In this document: piece after piece, positions 31,517 to 40,173 of the stretch
Layout of the letters: every line of letters starts with the position of its first letter
Position numbering within the stretch: position 1 is the first letter of the stretch
Source: an archaeon
GTDB lineage: Archaea; Nanobdellota; Nanobdellia; Pacearchaeales; GW2011-AR1
Reading direction: 5' to 3'
DNA length: 64,000 nt
Assembly: GCA_024278335.1 (NCBI GenBank)
Contig: JAJRTJ010000002.1
Location: forward strand, 17,008 to 81,007
Notes under the pieces: model-generated
The model's database searches: none
What the model was told of the DNA's origin: nothing
The model's input: the letters and a program-made list of their open reading frames with translations, nothing else
Translations under genes and position numbers: made by a program

Positions 31517-32959
31517 TTATCCGCCCATGAATTTTTTCATTGCAGGATTCATGTCTACTGAATGTTGCTGTGCAATATTTTGATAAAATTGGAACATTAT
31601 CATAATTACTAAAAGAATAGATGTTCCTGAGACAAGAGCTCCAAGCAAGTCAGTTGAAGCTGCAAGCAAGCCAATCCCTGCTCCGCCCATAATCGTCAAA
31701 GGCATAATATATCTGTCTAAAATAGCTTCAATTACTCTATTATCTTGCCTAAATCCTGCAACTTGTAGTCCTGAAGCTGCGATTTTTTCTGCTTGAGCAG
31801 AAGAGTCCATTCCTGCAGTTTTTACCCATAAGATTGCAAAAATAGTTGAAAATAAAACCATAAATAAAATATGGGTTATTCCCTGTAAAAGATATCTTAT
31901 ACTCACGGCACCCCTTAAAACTAATTCAAGAAGGTTTGTAGAGCCAACCCAAAAAGCAAATCCAGACTGAGCTCTTCCATTAACAAAATCCCCCCCCAGC
32001 CATGTAAACCATGAGGCAATTCTTGCAAATCCCCCGCATGCTTCTCCTGCAACACAACTTGCAGCAGCATTATCTAAAATTCCTGCAAATAACTGGACAT
32101 TTGCTACAAGAGCAGCAGTCAAAATAACTGGAATTACCCCTGCATAAAAAAATGCCAAAGGCCATTTAACTGCATATCCCCTTATTCTTCCAAATGAAAG
32201 TGGAATCTCTACTTTAAGGGATTGAGCCCAGACAACAGCAAGATAAATTAATGCTGTTACTAATAAAACAGAACCTGCAACTAAGAATTCTGAACTTTCT
32301 CCTCGCATTAATGACTGAATTAAAATCCATACTTTTCCAGAACAGTATTGTTCTCTAAAATTCAAAAGACAAACTGTCCCTTGCTGCCCAATTACCTGAA
32401 ATGCACTTGTAAAAAGCCTCCATGATACTCCTGCTGCAATAAACAAGCTTATTCCTGAGCCAAAGCCCCATTTTTGAGTTACTTCATCCATGTAAAAAAT
32501 TGCAAGCCCCCCTAAAATTAATTGAAAAATAACTAATGGAGCTAATCCTGGAGAAGCTTCAAGACCCCTCATTCCAACAAAGATAACTGCCTCAAAGATA
32601 ATAAAAAAGAACACTAAAAGCTTTTGCAGCCCGCTATAAAACTTTTTTCCTTCTTCAGTAGTCTGGTCAATGTTAATAATTCCTGCTCCAGATAAAAGTT
32701 GAAGAATAATAGAAGCCATTACAATTGGTCCAATTCCAAGAGAAATGATTGAACCAAAATCTGTTCCTAAAATAATTGCCAAATAATTAAATCTTTCAAG
32801 TGCATTATTTGACAGCCCAAACAGAGAAATATTTGCTAATACAAAAAAAGCTCCAAGGATAATTAAAGTCCATTTAAATTTAGTATTAAAATCAACTTTC
32901 TTTTCAGAGGGACTTCTCACCTCTGGGATAAATTTAAATATTCCTCGCAGGTCTGCCAT
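31517..32959 (-). CDS. secY: preprotein translocase subunit SecY
   Basis: 480 aa with 10 TM helices. It follows uL15 at the end of the r-protein operon, and conserved SecY segments are recognisable. Confidence 0.85.
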   Translation of the reverse strand: MADLRGIFKFIPEVRSPSEKKVDFNTKFKWTLIILGAFFVLANISLFGLSNNALERFNYLAIILGTDFGSIISLGIGPIVMASIILQLLSGAGIINIDQTTEEGKKFYSGLQKLLVFFFIIFEAVIFVGMRGLEASPGLAPLVIFQLILGGLAIFYMDEVTQKWGFGSGISLFIAAGVSWRLFTSAFQVIGQQGTVCLLNFREQYCSGKVWILIQSLMRGESSEFLVAGSVLLVTALIYLAVVWAQSLKVEIPLSFGRIRGYAVKWPLAFFYAGVIPVILTAALVANVQLFAGILDNAAASCVAGEACGGFARIASWFTWLGGDFVNGRAQSGFAFWVGSTNLLELVLRGAVSIRYLLQGITHILFMVLFSTIFAILWVKTAGMDSSAQAEKIAASGLQVAGFRQDNRVIEAILDRYIMPLTIMGGAGIGLLAASTDLLGALVSGTSILLVIMIMFQFYQNIAQQHSVDMNPAMKKFMGG

Positions 32960-32961
32960 GT

Positions 32962-33474
32962 TTATTGTTTTAAAGCCTTATTTTTTGCAGCTTCTTTTGA
33001 ATTTTCTCTACCCTTTTCTGCAAGTTCATTTGTTTTTTTAGCTTTTTCTTTTTTAACAGGCAAAATAATCTCTCCTCCTGCTTTTTTTATTTTCTCAATT
33101 GCAGATTGCGATGCTTGTTTTGCAGTTATTTTAAATTTATCTTTTACCTCTCCTTTTCCGAGAATTTTATACTCTAAAAGATTTATCTCTCCAGGCAGAT
33201 AATTATTTTGAATATCTCCCACATTAATTCTTTTTCTTTTGTCTCTTTTTGTTCCTCTGCTTGTAATTCCCCTTTTTCCAAAATAATTGTTTCCATATTT
33301 TTTATTAATTAATGTTTTTTTGTGGTCTGCTCTCTTCCCGCTTCCTGCCATTCCCTTTCCCCCCTTATGCCCGGATTTTCTCTTATTTTTTCTTGCCCCA
33401 GTCCCTGCTGTTCCCATATTTCGTCCATGCATTCTTGAATATTTTTTTCTTTTGTGTGTTTTTTTCAAAGCCAT
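32962..33474 (-). CDS. rpl15: 50S ribosomal protein uL15
   Basis: N-terminal KKTHKRKKYSRMHGRNMGTAGTGARKNKRKSGHKGGKG, the uL15 signature, at the expected operon position. Confidence 0.8.
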   Translation of the reverse strand: MALKKTHKRKKYSRMHGRNMGTAGTGARKNKRKSGHKGGKGMAGSGKRADHKKTLINKKYGNNYFGKRGITSRGTKRDKRKRINVGDIQNNYLPGEINLLEYKILGKGEVKDKFKITAKQASQSAIEKIKKAGGEIILPVKKEKAKKTNELAEKGRENSKEAAKNKALKQ

Positions 33475-33548
33475 TTTACAGCATCCTCTTGTTCAAACAA
33501 CTGTGTCGATTTGAACAAGCTAAAAATTTATTTGTAAATTTTTGATCA

Positions 33549-33896
33549 TCAGAGCATCCTCTCAATTAAGTCATTTATTTTTTCTTTATTATTCCCTAAA
33601 ACACCTTTTTTAACCCCAAAATGCTTTTTGCTGTCAATTCCTCCTCTGGGAGGATGAAGTCTGAAGAATTTTGTTCCCCTTTTCCCCCTTTCTTTTTTTA
33701 ATTTCTCATATGTTTCTTTATTAATTTCTCCATACGCTACAAAATCCTTTACTTTTTTTACCATACCTTTTTGTATCTCTGTAGGATTTTCAAAAACAAC
33801 GCAGGTGTATTTTTTCTTTAGTTTTAATCTCTTTAGCGTTTCTTTAATTTCTGACCTTAATCCGACTTGTCCAGAGATTCTAATTACTGCAATCAT
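33549..33896 (-). CDS. rpl30: 50S ribosomal protein uL30
   Basis: MIAVIRISGQVGLRSEIKETLKRLKL, at the expected operon position. Confidence 0.75.
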   Translation of the reverse strand: MIAVIRISGQVGLRSEIKETLKRLKLKKKYTCVVFENPTEIQKGMVKKVKDFVAYGEINKETYEKLKKERGKRGTKFFRLHPPRGGIDSKKHFGVKKGVLGNNKEKINDLIERML

Positions 33897-34789
33897 TCTT
33901 TCTTGCCTCCTACTGGAAGATTTGTTTTCTTTAATGCATCAATGCATGCTTTTACAAAATTAAAAGTTGTTCTTTGTTTCCCAAAGCTTTTGCTGTAAAC
34001 ATCTTTAATTCCCGCCATTTTCAAAACTTTTTTTATTTCATTTGCAACCACAAGTCCAGTTCCTTGAGGCGCAGGAATTAATGCTATTTCTACACTTCCA
34101 GATTTTCCAGTTACTTTAAATGGAACTGTATGCAATTCTGAGCAATCGCAGTCAAATGAAGCACACCCCCTTGTTACTGAAATAATGTTGAGCTTTGCTT
34201 GGTGAATTGCTTTGTCTCTTGCCGGAAGTGTTTCTGTTGCTCTTCCTGTTCCAATTCCAACATGCCCATTTTCGTCTCCAATAACTGCTAATGTTGAAAA
34301 AGTAGGGACATTCCCTTCTCTTGTTTTTCTTTGAGTCTGTCTCCATGCTCTTCTTTTTCCTCCCCCAAATTTTCCTTTTGACTGGCCAATTGAAATTAAA
34401 TCAGATTTTATATCTAAAAGCGTATCAACAATTTCTGATTCAAGGATTTTTTTATTTGAATCTAAAATTTCATCAATGCTTTTAACCTTTCCATCTTTTA
34501 CTTCTCTTCCAAGTTTTGTTTTTGGCTCCCATTCTGAAGTAATCTCTTCCCGTGTCATTCTTCCTCTCTGCCTTCTTCTAACTCTCTCTTCTTCTGTTTC
34601 CGGTTCTTCTTCTTTTTCAATTTTTTTAATTGCTTCTTTCTTTTTCTCTTCTTCTGCTTTCTTTTCTTTTTCTTGTTCTTTTTTAATCATCTCTTCAGTA
34701 GCTTTTTCCAAGGCCTTTTCAGCTAGCTCTTCAGATACTGTTCCATGCGCTTCAGCAGTTTTTTTAATTTCTTCAATTTTTTTGCTCAT
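33893..34789 (-). CDS. rps5: 30S ribosomal protein uS5 (with ~80-aa Lys/Glu-rich N-terminal extension)
   Basis: Conserved core EWEPKTKLGREVKDGKV...GSVEIALIPAPQGTGLVVANEIKKVLKMAGIKD. The ORF is tightly coupled to the uL18 stop. Confidence 0.8.
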   Translation of the reverse strand: MSKKIEEIKKTAEAHGTVSEELAEKALEKATEEMIKKEQEKEKKAEEEKKKEAIKKIEKEEEPETEEERVRRRQRGRMTREEITSEWEPKTKLGREVKDGKVKSIDEILDSNKKILESEIVDTLLDIKSDLISIGQSKGKFGGGKRRAWRQTQRKTREGNVPTFSTLAVIGDENGHVGIGTGRATETLPARDKAIHQAKLNIISVTRGCASFDCDCSELHTVPFKVTGKSGSVEIALIPAPQGTGLVVANEIKKVLKMAGIKDVYSKSFGKQRTTFNFVKACIDALKKTNLPVGGKKE

Positions 34790-34790
34790 T

Positions 34791-35285
34791 TTATTCTTTT
34801 TCTAATTTTGATTTAATTTTAATAAATGTTTTTGAAAAATTTTCTTTCAAATTTGCCCCTTCAATTCTTTCTTTTTCTGGAAAAGCTTCTTCTTTGCAGG
34901 GAATTTTTAATCCTGCATCAATTAACCCTTTAATAAATGCAAACACCTTTGTTTTATGAAGAGTTTTAATCATTCCAAAATCTACAATTGGAGGTTCTTT
35001 TTTTGCCTTTAAAATTTTTTTTGCCATTAAAAATCCAGTCAAATAAGACGCAGGAATTGATTTTAAGCTTCCTGCAAATTCTTTTGGCCATGTTTTTGCC
35101 AGTAACTCTCTTGAGTTTGTTTCTATCTCCACTTTGTCTTGGGCTTCTTTGCTTGTGATATATTGGGAAATAATATATCTGTTTGTCTTTCTAAATACAA
35201 TTCTCGGCTTTCCGCTTTTAAGAAGCTTCAATCTATTGAGATAATCTGTTTTGTTCTCTCGCCTTCTTCGTTTTTGGACTTTCAT
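34791..35285 (-). CDS. rpl18: 50S ribosomal protein uL18
   Basis: KRRRRENKTDYLNRLKLLKSGKPRIVFRKTNRYI. Confidence 0.8.
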   Translation of the reverse strand: MKVQKRRRRENKTDYLNRLKLLKSGKPRIVFRKTNRYIISQYITSKEAQDKVEIETNSRELLAKTWPKEFAGSLKSIPASYLTGFLMAKKILKAKKEPPIVDFGMIKTLHKTKVFAFIKGLIDAGLKIPCKEEAFPEKERIEGANLKENFSKTFIKIKSKLEKE

Positions 35286-35686
35286 TTTCTTTCCCCTAAA
35301 TGCTCTTTTAAGTTTGCCTTGCTTTTGAATTTCTTGTTTCTTATCGCCTTTCTAATTTCTTTTACTTCTTCTCTGCCCATTCCCAATTTTTCTTTTACTG
35401 CCTTTAAATATTTTCTTAATTTTCTGGTTACTTTTACATAATTTCTTTTTCTTACATTGATTTTTTTCTTAATTTTTCCTGCACCTCGTGCATTTTTCCG
35501 TTTTTTCACTTTTTTTCTTCCTTGTTTTTCTTTCAAAAGAATAGCTTTTCTTTCAACTAAATCTCTTATGTCTTGTTTTGTAATTGCTTCTTTTATTTCA
35601 TCAAGTCTGGATTCTACAAAAATAATTCTTTCTTTTCCAACATTCAGTGTTTTTGCTGCAAGCTCTTTCTTTTTTCTCAAATTCAT
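35282..35686 (-). CDS. rpl19e: 50S ribosomal protein eL19
   Basis: MNLRKKKELAAKTLNVGKERI...KKVKKRKNARGAG. Confidence 0.8.
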   Translation of the reverse strand: MNLRKKKELAAKTLNVGKERIIFVESRLDEIKEAITKQDIRDLVERKAILLKEKQGRKKVKKRKNARGAGKIKKKINVRKRNYVKVTRKLRKYLKAVKEKLGMGREEVKEIRKAIRNKKFKSKANLKEHLGERK

Positions 35687-36060
35687 TTTTTAATCTCTCC
35701 TGTTTTTTGTTTTGATTTTTTCAAATATTTTTTTTCATTAATATTCAGGATTTTTATTCCAATTTCTTTGGCTTTTTCTAAAATCTCAAGTTTTTTCTTT
35801 TTCCCAATTTTTCCGAGAATTACTTCTTTTTTTTCTGTCTTTAAAAGCTCTTGAATATTTTTTATAATTGGATTTTCTTCACGGTCTTTTTTAGATTTAT
35901 ATCCAATACTGACTACTGCAGGATATCCCCGTCTTTTCTCTCTCATTTTATTGTCTCTTCCATTAGGATTTTTCCATTTCTGCTTTTTCTTTCTTTTTTT
36001 GCCTAATTTTGAATATTTGTCTGCGCTTCTTCTTAGAAATTTTGGTTTTTTTGTTGTCAT
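35683..36060 (-). CDS. rpl32e: 50S ribosomal protein eL32
   Basis: KFLRRSADKYSKLGKKRKKKQKWKNPNGRDNKMREKRRGYP. Confidence 0.8.
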   Translation of the reverse strand: MTTKKPKFLRRSADKYSKLGKKRKKKQKWKNPNGRDNKMREKRRGYPAVVSIGYKSKKDREENPIIKNIQELLKTEKKEVILGKIGKKKKLEILEKAKEIGIKILNINEKKYLKKSKQKTGEIKK

Positions 36061-36621
36061 TTAAATCTCCTTTCCGGCTTTATTTATAATAAATAAGCCG
36101 TCTTGAAAAATTCTCCTGTCCCTTGATTTTACTCTTGTTACTCTCTCAAGGTTTGCTGCCGCTTGCCCTGCAAGCTCCTTATCAATTGAGCTTACTTTGA
36201 TGATGTCTCCTTCAACCCTTACTTCAACCCCTTCTGCCACAGAGGTTTTTCTCGGGACTTTTTCTCCAAGAAAATTCTTTACAATTATTTCTTTTCCAGA
36301 GACTTCTACAGTTATTGGAAAATGTGCAAAACATATCTTTAACTGATATTCAAATTTTTCCTGCACTCCTTTAATCATATTTTTAATATGTGCAGTAATT
36401 GTGTTGATTCTCTTTTTTTCAGCTTTTGTTGCCTTATCATTGCTTAAAACAATTTCATTTCCCTCTTTTTTTACATTAATTTTTGTAAAATTAAATTCCC
36501 TTGTTAATTCCCCTTCTTTTCCCTTTACATTTATCTTGGAACCATCTAAAGAAACTTCAACTCCTTCTGGAATTTCAATTTTTTGTTCTATCTTTATTTT
36601 CATTTTAATAAAAATATGCAA
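36061..36621 (-). CDS. rpl6: 50S ribosomal protein uL6
   Basis: Two-domain uL6 pattern (VKGKEGELTREFNF...VEVSGKEIIVKNF), at the expected operon position. Confidence 0.8.
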   Translation of the reverse strand: MHIFIKMKIKIEQKIEIPEGVEVSLDGSKINVKGKEGELTREFNFTKINVKKEGNEIVLSNDKATKAEKKRINTITAHIKNMIKGVQEKFEYQLKICFAHFPITVEVSGKEIIVKNFLGEKVPRKTSVAEGVEVRVEGDIIKVSSIDKELAGQAAANLERVTRVKSRDRRIFQDGLFIINKAGKEI

Positions 36622-36985
36622 TTAAGCATCCTCCAATTCCTTCTTCTTGAGCTTCTTCATGAGTCATAAGGCCCTTGTTTGTTGAAACAAGAACAACCCC
36701 AATTCCTCTTGCAGGAAGATATCTTCTTCTATATTTCTCAATATCTCCTACCTTGACTACAAATCTTGGTTTGATTGCCTTGCATTCAGTTAAATCTGCT
36801 AAAGTCACTTCTATTGATTTTTCTTTGCTGTCAACCTTGTATTTTTGAATAACTCCTTTTTGCCTCATAATCTTTAAAATTTCAATAAAAAGATTTGAAA
36901 TCCGAGATATCTTTACTCTTTCTTTCCCTGCCATTTTAGCATTCTTCATCATATTCAATGCATCAGCAACAACATCGTGCGACAT
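36605..36985 (-). CDS. rps8: 30S ribosomal protein uS8
   Basis: DVVADALNMMKNAKMAGKERVKI...GIGGCLIAYFY. Confidence 0.8.
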   Translation of the reverse strand: MSHDVVADALNMMKNAKMAGKERVKISRISNLFIEILKIMRQKGVIQKYKVDSKEKSIEVTLADLTECKAIKPRFVVKVGDIEKYRRRYLPARGIGVVLVSTNKGLMTHEEAQEEGIGGCLIAYFY

Positions 36986-36986
36986 T

Positions 36987-37193
36987 TTAACTATATTTTT
37001 TAAAGCCGATTTCTTCTGCTATTTCTCTAAAGCAGTGTCGGCATAAATTTAATCCATATGAACTTATATGTGCTCCAAATCTCTCACATCTTTCGCATTT
37101 TTTTGTTGCAATTCCAATTTTCCTGTCCTTTGGCTTGCAGTGTTTTAGGAATTTTGCCTTTATCGCAGGCTTTGCATTCAGTTGCTTAAACAT
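36987..37193 (-). CDS. rps14: 30S ribosomal protein uS14 (zinc-binding type)
   Basis: KCERCERFGAHISSYGLNLCRHCFREIAEEIGFKKYS, with two CxxC pairs. The start was chosen at the internal Met; the ORF track extends to 37232. Confidence 0.6.
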   Translation of the reverse strand: MFKQLNAKPAIKAKFLKHCKPKDRKIGIATKKCERCERFGAHISSYGLNLCRHCFREIAEEIGFKKYS

Positions 37194-37218
37194 TTTTTTC
37201 CAATTGCTTGCAGTCATT

Positions 37219-37740
37219 TTATATAAATTCAACGCCGTGGCGCTCCTCCATAAATTTGATAATTTCTTCTTTTTTAATCATTTGTCTCTTTGGGATTTTT
37301 CCCTTTTTGATTTTTTTTAATTTAACTCTTCTTCCAGTTCTCTTAAAAACAATTGTGACGTCAAGCCCCATAATACCAATATCTCTCTGATATTCCATTC
37401 CAGGAATTTCCAAATAATCTTTAATTCCAAATGAAAAGTTATTCTCACTGACTTGTTTTTTCTTGATTTTGTTTTCCTCTGCTGCTAAAAGTTTTTTTAA
37501 TAATTCTTCATATCCTCTTCTGATTGTAACTACTGCTCCAACCTCTAAACCTGGTCTCACACTCCAAGTTGGAATTCTTTTATTTGATTTCGTCTTTGTT
37601 GGTTTTTTACCAGAGATTACTTTTAACAATTTAAATCCTTTTTCCAAATCCTCTCCAGTTCCCCCTACATTTAAAACAACTTTTTCTATTTTAATCTCTC
37701 TCATTGGATTTTCTTTTTTTTCGTCCATTTTATTTTTCAC
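37219..37740 (-). CDS. rpl5: 50S ribosomal protein uL5
   Basis: NPMREIKIEKVVLNVGGTG...DIGIMGLDVTIVFKRTGRRV. Confidence 0.8.
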   Translation of the reverse strand: MKNKMDEKKENPMREIKIEKVVLNVGGTGEDLEKGFKLLKVISGKKPTKTKSNKRIPTWSVRPGLEVGAVVTIRRGYEELLKKLLAAEENKIKKKQVSENNFSFGIKDYLEIPGMEYQRDIGIMGLDVTIVFKRTGRRVKLKKIKKGKIPKRQMIKKEEIIKFMEERHGVEFI

Positions 37741-38077
37741 TTACCATAAGCTGTTTAATTAAAACATTAATTGTTGTATCCTGCGTTTTCATTTCAACCA
37801 TTTTTTGCTTTAAGTCAATCTTCTCAATTTTTCCACTTTTTCCTGCATGTTTTCCTGCAATTACTACGGCATTTTCTTTTTCTTTTAATAGAAGAACCTT
37901 AACAATTTGTTTTGTTTCTAAATCAAGAATAACCGAATCATTTGTTTTGCACTCTTTGTCACAAAGAATATTCCTTCCATCATTTAAATTAAGTTGGGTT
38001 TTCTTTCCTTTCAAAATTGTTTTGTTTGCAATCTTTGAAATTTTTGTTTTTGCTTCTTTTTCTGAAACTTCTTTCAC
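37730..38077 (-). CDS. rps4e: 30S ribosomal protein eS4, C-terminal (KOW) fragment, same frame as N-terminal fragment
   Basis: ILKGKKTQLNLNDGRNIL...AVVIAGKHAGKSGKIEKI matches the eS4 C-terminal half. It is in the same reading frame as 38093..38383 and only 5 sense codons lie between the TAA and this ORF. Confidence 0.7.
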   Translation of the reverse strand: MKEVSEKEAKTKISKIANKTILKGKKTQLNLNDGRNILCDKECKTNDSVILDLETKQIVKVLLLKEKENAVVIAGKHAGKSGKIEKIDLKQKMVEMKTQDTTINVLIKQLMVSEK

Positions 38078-38092
38078 AGAATATTTTCCATT

Positions 38093-38383
38093 TTAAGTTA
38101 AAATTACTTCATAATTTTTTTTAGCAGGAATAATTGAGATTTTGTCAAATAAAGTTAATCCATGCTTGTCATCTTTTGAGACTCTTCCATTTACTAAGAT
38201 ACTTTTTGCATGAAGGGCTTTTTTTACTTCTTTTCTTGTTTTTGCTATTTTTAGAATGTCCCGAATTACAATTAATAGTGGAATTCCTTGTCTTTCATGA
38301 GATGCAGATTTAACTAAGTATTTTGTTCCTTTTCTTGGAATCGGCCATTTTTTTGGAATTGCCTGTCTTTTTAAATGACTCAT
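38093..38383 (-). CDS. rps4e: 30S ribosomal protein eS4, N-terminal fragment (ends at in-frame TAA)
   Basis: MSHLKRQAIPKKWPIPRKGTKYLVKSASHERQGIPLLIVIRD is the eS4 N-terminal/S4 domain. It stops at TAA 38093-38095 at a position where homologues carry K/R. Confidence 0.7.
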   Translation of the reverse strand: MSHLKRQAIPKKWPIPRKGTKYLVKSASHERQGIPLLIVIRDILKIAKTRKEVKKALHAKSILVNGRVSKDDKHGLTLFDKISIIPAKKNYEVILT

Positions 38384-38805
38384 TTTTTCTTCTCCTTTGT
38401 TTGTTTATTTGGTTTTTGAATGTTTTCTTCTTGTTTTAATTTTTTTATTCTCTTTTTATCTTCAAGGCCAAGTTCAATAATCTGAAGATTTGAAGCTCTT
38501 AAAGCAATATTTGCCTTTGAGCCATCTTGTTTCTTTACTCGAATTCCTTCAACATACACTTTTAGCATTTTTGTTTTAATTTCTGTAATTTTTCCTTCTT
38601 TGCCTCTAAATTTTCCTCTTAAAATCTTTACTTTATCCCCTTTTCTTAACTCAATGTTTCTCATTCCGTATTTTTTCCTAAGTTCTTTTGACAAGTTTGC
38701 ACTAAGTTGTTTTCTTTTGAGATGAAGAGGAGCATTTGCTAAGTATTTTCTCTGTTTTCTAGGTTGCTTGCTTGCTTTCCAGTTTTTGCTAAATAATTTT
38801 TTCAT
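38380..38805 (-). CDS. rpl24: 50S ribosomal protein uL24
   Basis: KOW motif GDKVKILRGKFRGKEGKITEI. The start was set at the internal Met just after the uL14 stop; the ORF track extends to 38910. Confidence 0.7.
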   Translation of the reverse strand: MKKLFSKNWKASKQPRKQRKYLANAPLHLKRKQLSANLSKELRKKYGMRNIELRKGDKVKILRGKFRGKEGKITEIKTKMLKVYVEGIRVKKQDGSKANIALRASNLQIIELGLEDKKRIKKLKQEENIQKPNKQTKEKKK

Positions 38806-38806
38806 C

Positions 38807-39208
38807 TTAATAAACCACTGAAGCGATTTTAGCAACTTGTGGCCATCGCTCCATAACCTCTCTTGCAATTGGTCCTTTAATTTGAGTTCCTTTAGGATTA
38901 CCTTTTTCATCTTTTAAAATTGCAACAGCATTGTCTTCAAACATTATTCTCTCTCCATTTAATCTTCTATAAGGTCTTTTTTGTCTGATTATAACTGCAT
39001 CAAAAACTTTTCCTTTCATGTCAGGAACACCTTTTTTCACAGCAACTTTTACCCAGTCAGCTACTTTTGCCCTTCCCTGTCTTCCTTTTCTTCCCTTGCC
39101 TTTTTTTACTGAAATTAATTTAACAACCTTTGCTCCGCTATTGTCTGAAGCAATTATTTTTGCTCCAAGATTAAGTCCTGCAGTTGTCCGTGCGCTAATT
39201 GCTTTCAT
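38807..39208 (-). CDS. rpl14: 50S ribosomal protein uL14
   Basis: MKAISARTTAGLNLGAKIIASDNSGAKVVKLISV. The ORF track extends 8 codons further upstream. Confidence 0.8.
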   Translation of the reverse strand: MKAISARTTAGLNLGAKIIASDNSGAKVVKLISVKKGKGRKGRQGRAKVADWVKVAVKKGVPDMKGKVFDAVIIRQKRPYRRLNGERIMFEDNAVAILKDEKGNPKGTQIKGPIAREVMERWPQVAKIASVVY

Positions 39209-39596
39209 TTTTTCCTCCTTCAACTTTTTCAATAACTACAAAATGAATTATCTTGCTTAAAGGTCTGCATTCTTGAATTTTAATTATCTCCCCAATATGA
39301 ATTTCATCTTCCATACATTCTGGAAGTCTTGCATGAATTCTTGTTTTATGGCGGGCAAATCTTTCATATTTTCTGACATAAGTAGCTCTTTCAAACTCAA
39401 TTGTAACCCTTTTTGAAAATTTTCTAATAACTTTTCCTTGGAAAACTTTTCCATGAACCTTTAGGGTTCCATGAATATGGCAATTTTTGTCTTGGCAAAC
39501 TTTCTGTTGCTCTGCTACTTTTTTCTTTTGCACTCTGCTCTTTGAGTTAAAGGCAGATGAGCCTTTCCTTTCTTGTGTTTTTTCTTTTTTTGTCAT
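39195..39596 (-). CDS. rps17: 30S ribosomal protein uS17
   Basis: CQDKNCHIHGTLKVHGKVFQGKVI...IGEIIKIQECRPLSKIIHFVV. The start was trimmed to an internal Met to avoid overlapping SUI1; the ORF track extends to 39653. Confidence 0.7.
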   Translation of the reverse strand: MTKKEKTQERKGSSAFNSKSRVQKKKVAEQQKVCQDKNCHIHGTLKVHGKVFQGKVIRKFSKRVTIEFERATYVRKYERFARHKTRIHARLPECMEDEIHIGEIIKIQECRPLSKIIHFVVIEKVEGGKNESN

Positions 39597-39612
39597 TGTT
39601 TTTGTGTATTGT

Positions 39613-39921
39613 CTACTCGGTTTCAATGGAATTTTCTTCAAATCCAAGTTCAACCAAAATTGGCCTCACTTTTTGAAGGTGGTCTCCCTGAAGTTCAATC
39701 ATTCCTGCGTCTTTGTCAAATGTTCCTCCACAGGCAAGCTCATTTTTTAGAGCCTTTGCGATTTTTTTCAGGTCAATTCCTTTGTCAAACCCGTCAACAA
39801 CCGTAACAACTTTTCCATATCTTTTTTTGTCAGTTGTTATGCGGATTCTTTGCGAACTCTTTACGATATTTTCACAAACACATGCTTGCTCAGGCAAGCC
39901 GCATTTTGGACATATTTCCAT
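39613..39921 (-). CDS. sui1: translation initiation factor SUI1 (aIF-1)
   Basis: MEICPKCGLPEQACVCE Zn-ribbon plus ...KRYGKVVTVVDGFD...AKALKNELACGGTFDKDAGMIELQGDH, a canonical archaeal SUI1. Confidence 0.8.
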   Translation of the reverse strand: MEICPKCGLPEQACVCENIVKSSQRIRITTDKKRYGKVVTVVDGFDKGIDLKKIAKALKNELACGGTFDKDAGMIELQGDHLQKVRPILVELGFEENSIETE

Positions 39922-40173
39922 TTATTTCTTGTTCAACTTCTCAGGTTTACCTAACTGCGCCGATAATGACGCAGACTGGGATTTATCCCTCGCACTTAGT
40001 TTTTCTGAGTTGTTGATTGTGTGGATTCTTGCAATTATTTTTTTAATTTGCTTGATTTTTGAGCTTCCTCCTTTTGAAGCATTTGCTCTGGATTTCGACA
40101 ATTCAATTTTCAGTTCTTTTAGCCTTTTCTCTCTTTCTTTTTTTGTCAGTCCTTTTATTTCCCTTGCTTTCAT
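39922..40173 (-). CDS. rpl29: 50S ribosomal protein uL29
   Basis: MKAREIKGLTKKEREKRLKELKIELSKSRA. Confidence 0.75.
   Translation of the reverse strand: MKAREIKGLTKKEREKRLKELKIELSKSRANASKGGSSKIKQIKKIIARIHTINNSEKLSARDKSQSASLSAQLGKPEKLNKK

Noticed and set aside
34558-34789. The N-terminal K/E-rich extensions of uS5 and uL22 as over-extension of ORFs to upstream in-frame ATGs.
   Set aside because: This is partly rejected. Tight junctions with the upstream stop codons (a 230-bp gap would otherwise appear in a compact operon) argue that the extensions are real. They are kept as a low-interest finding rather than trimmed.
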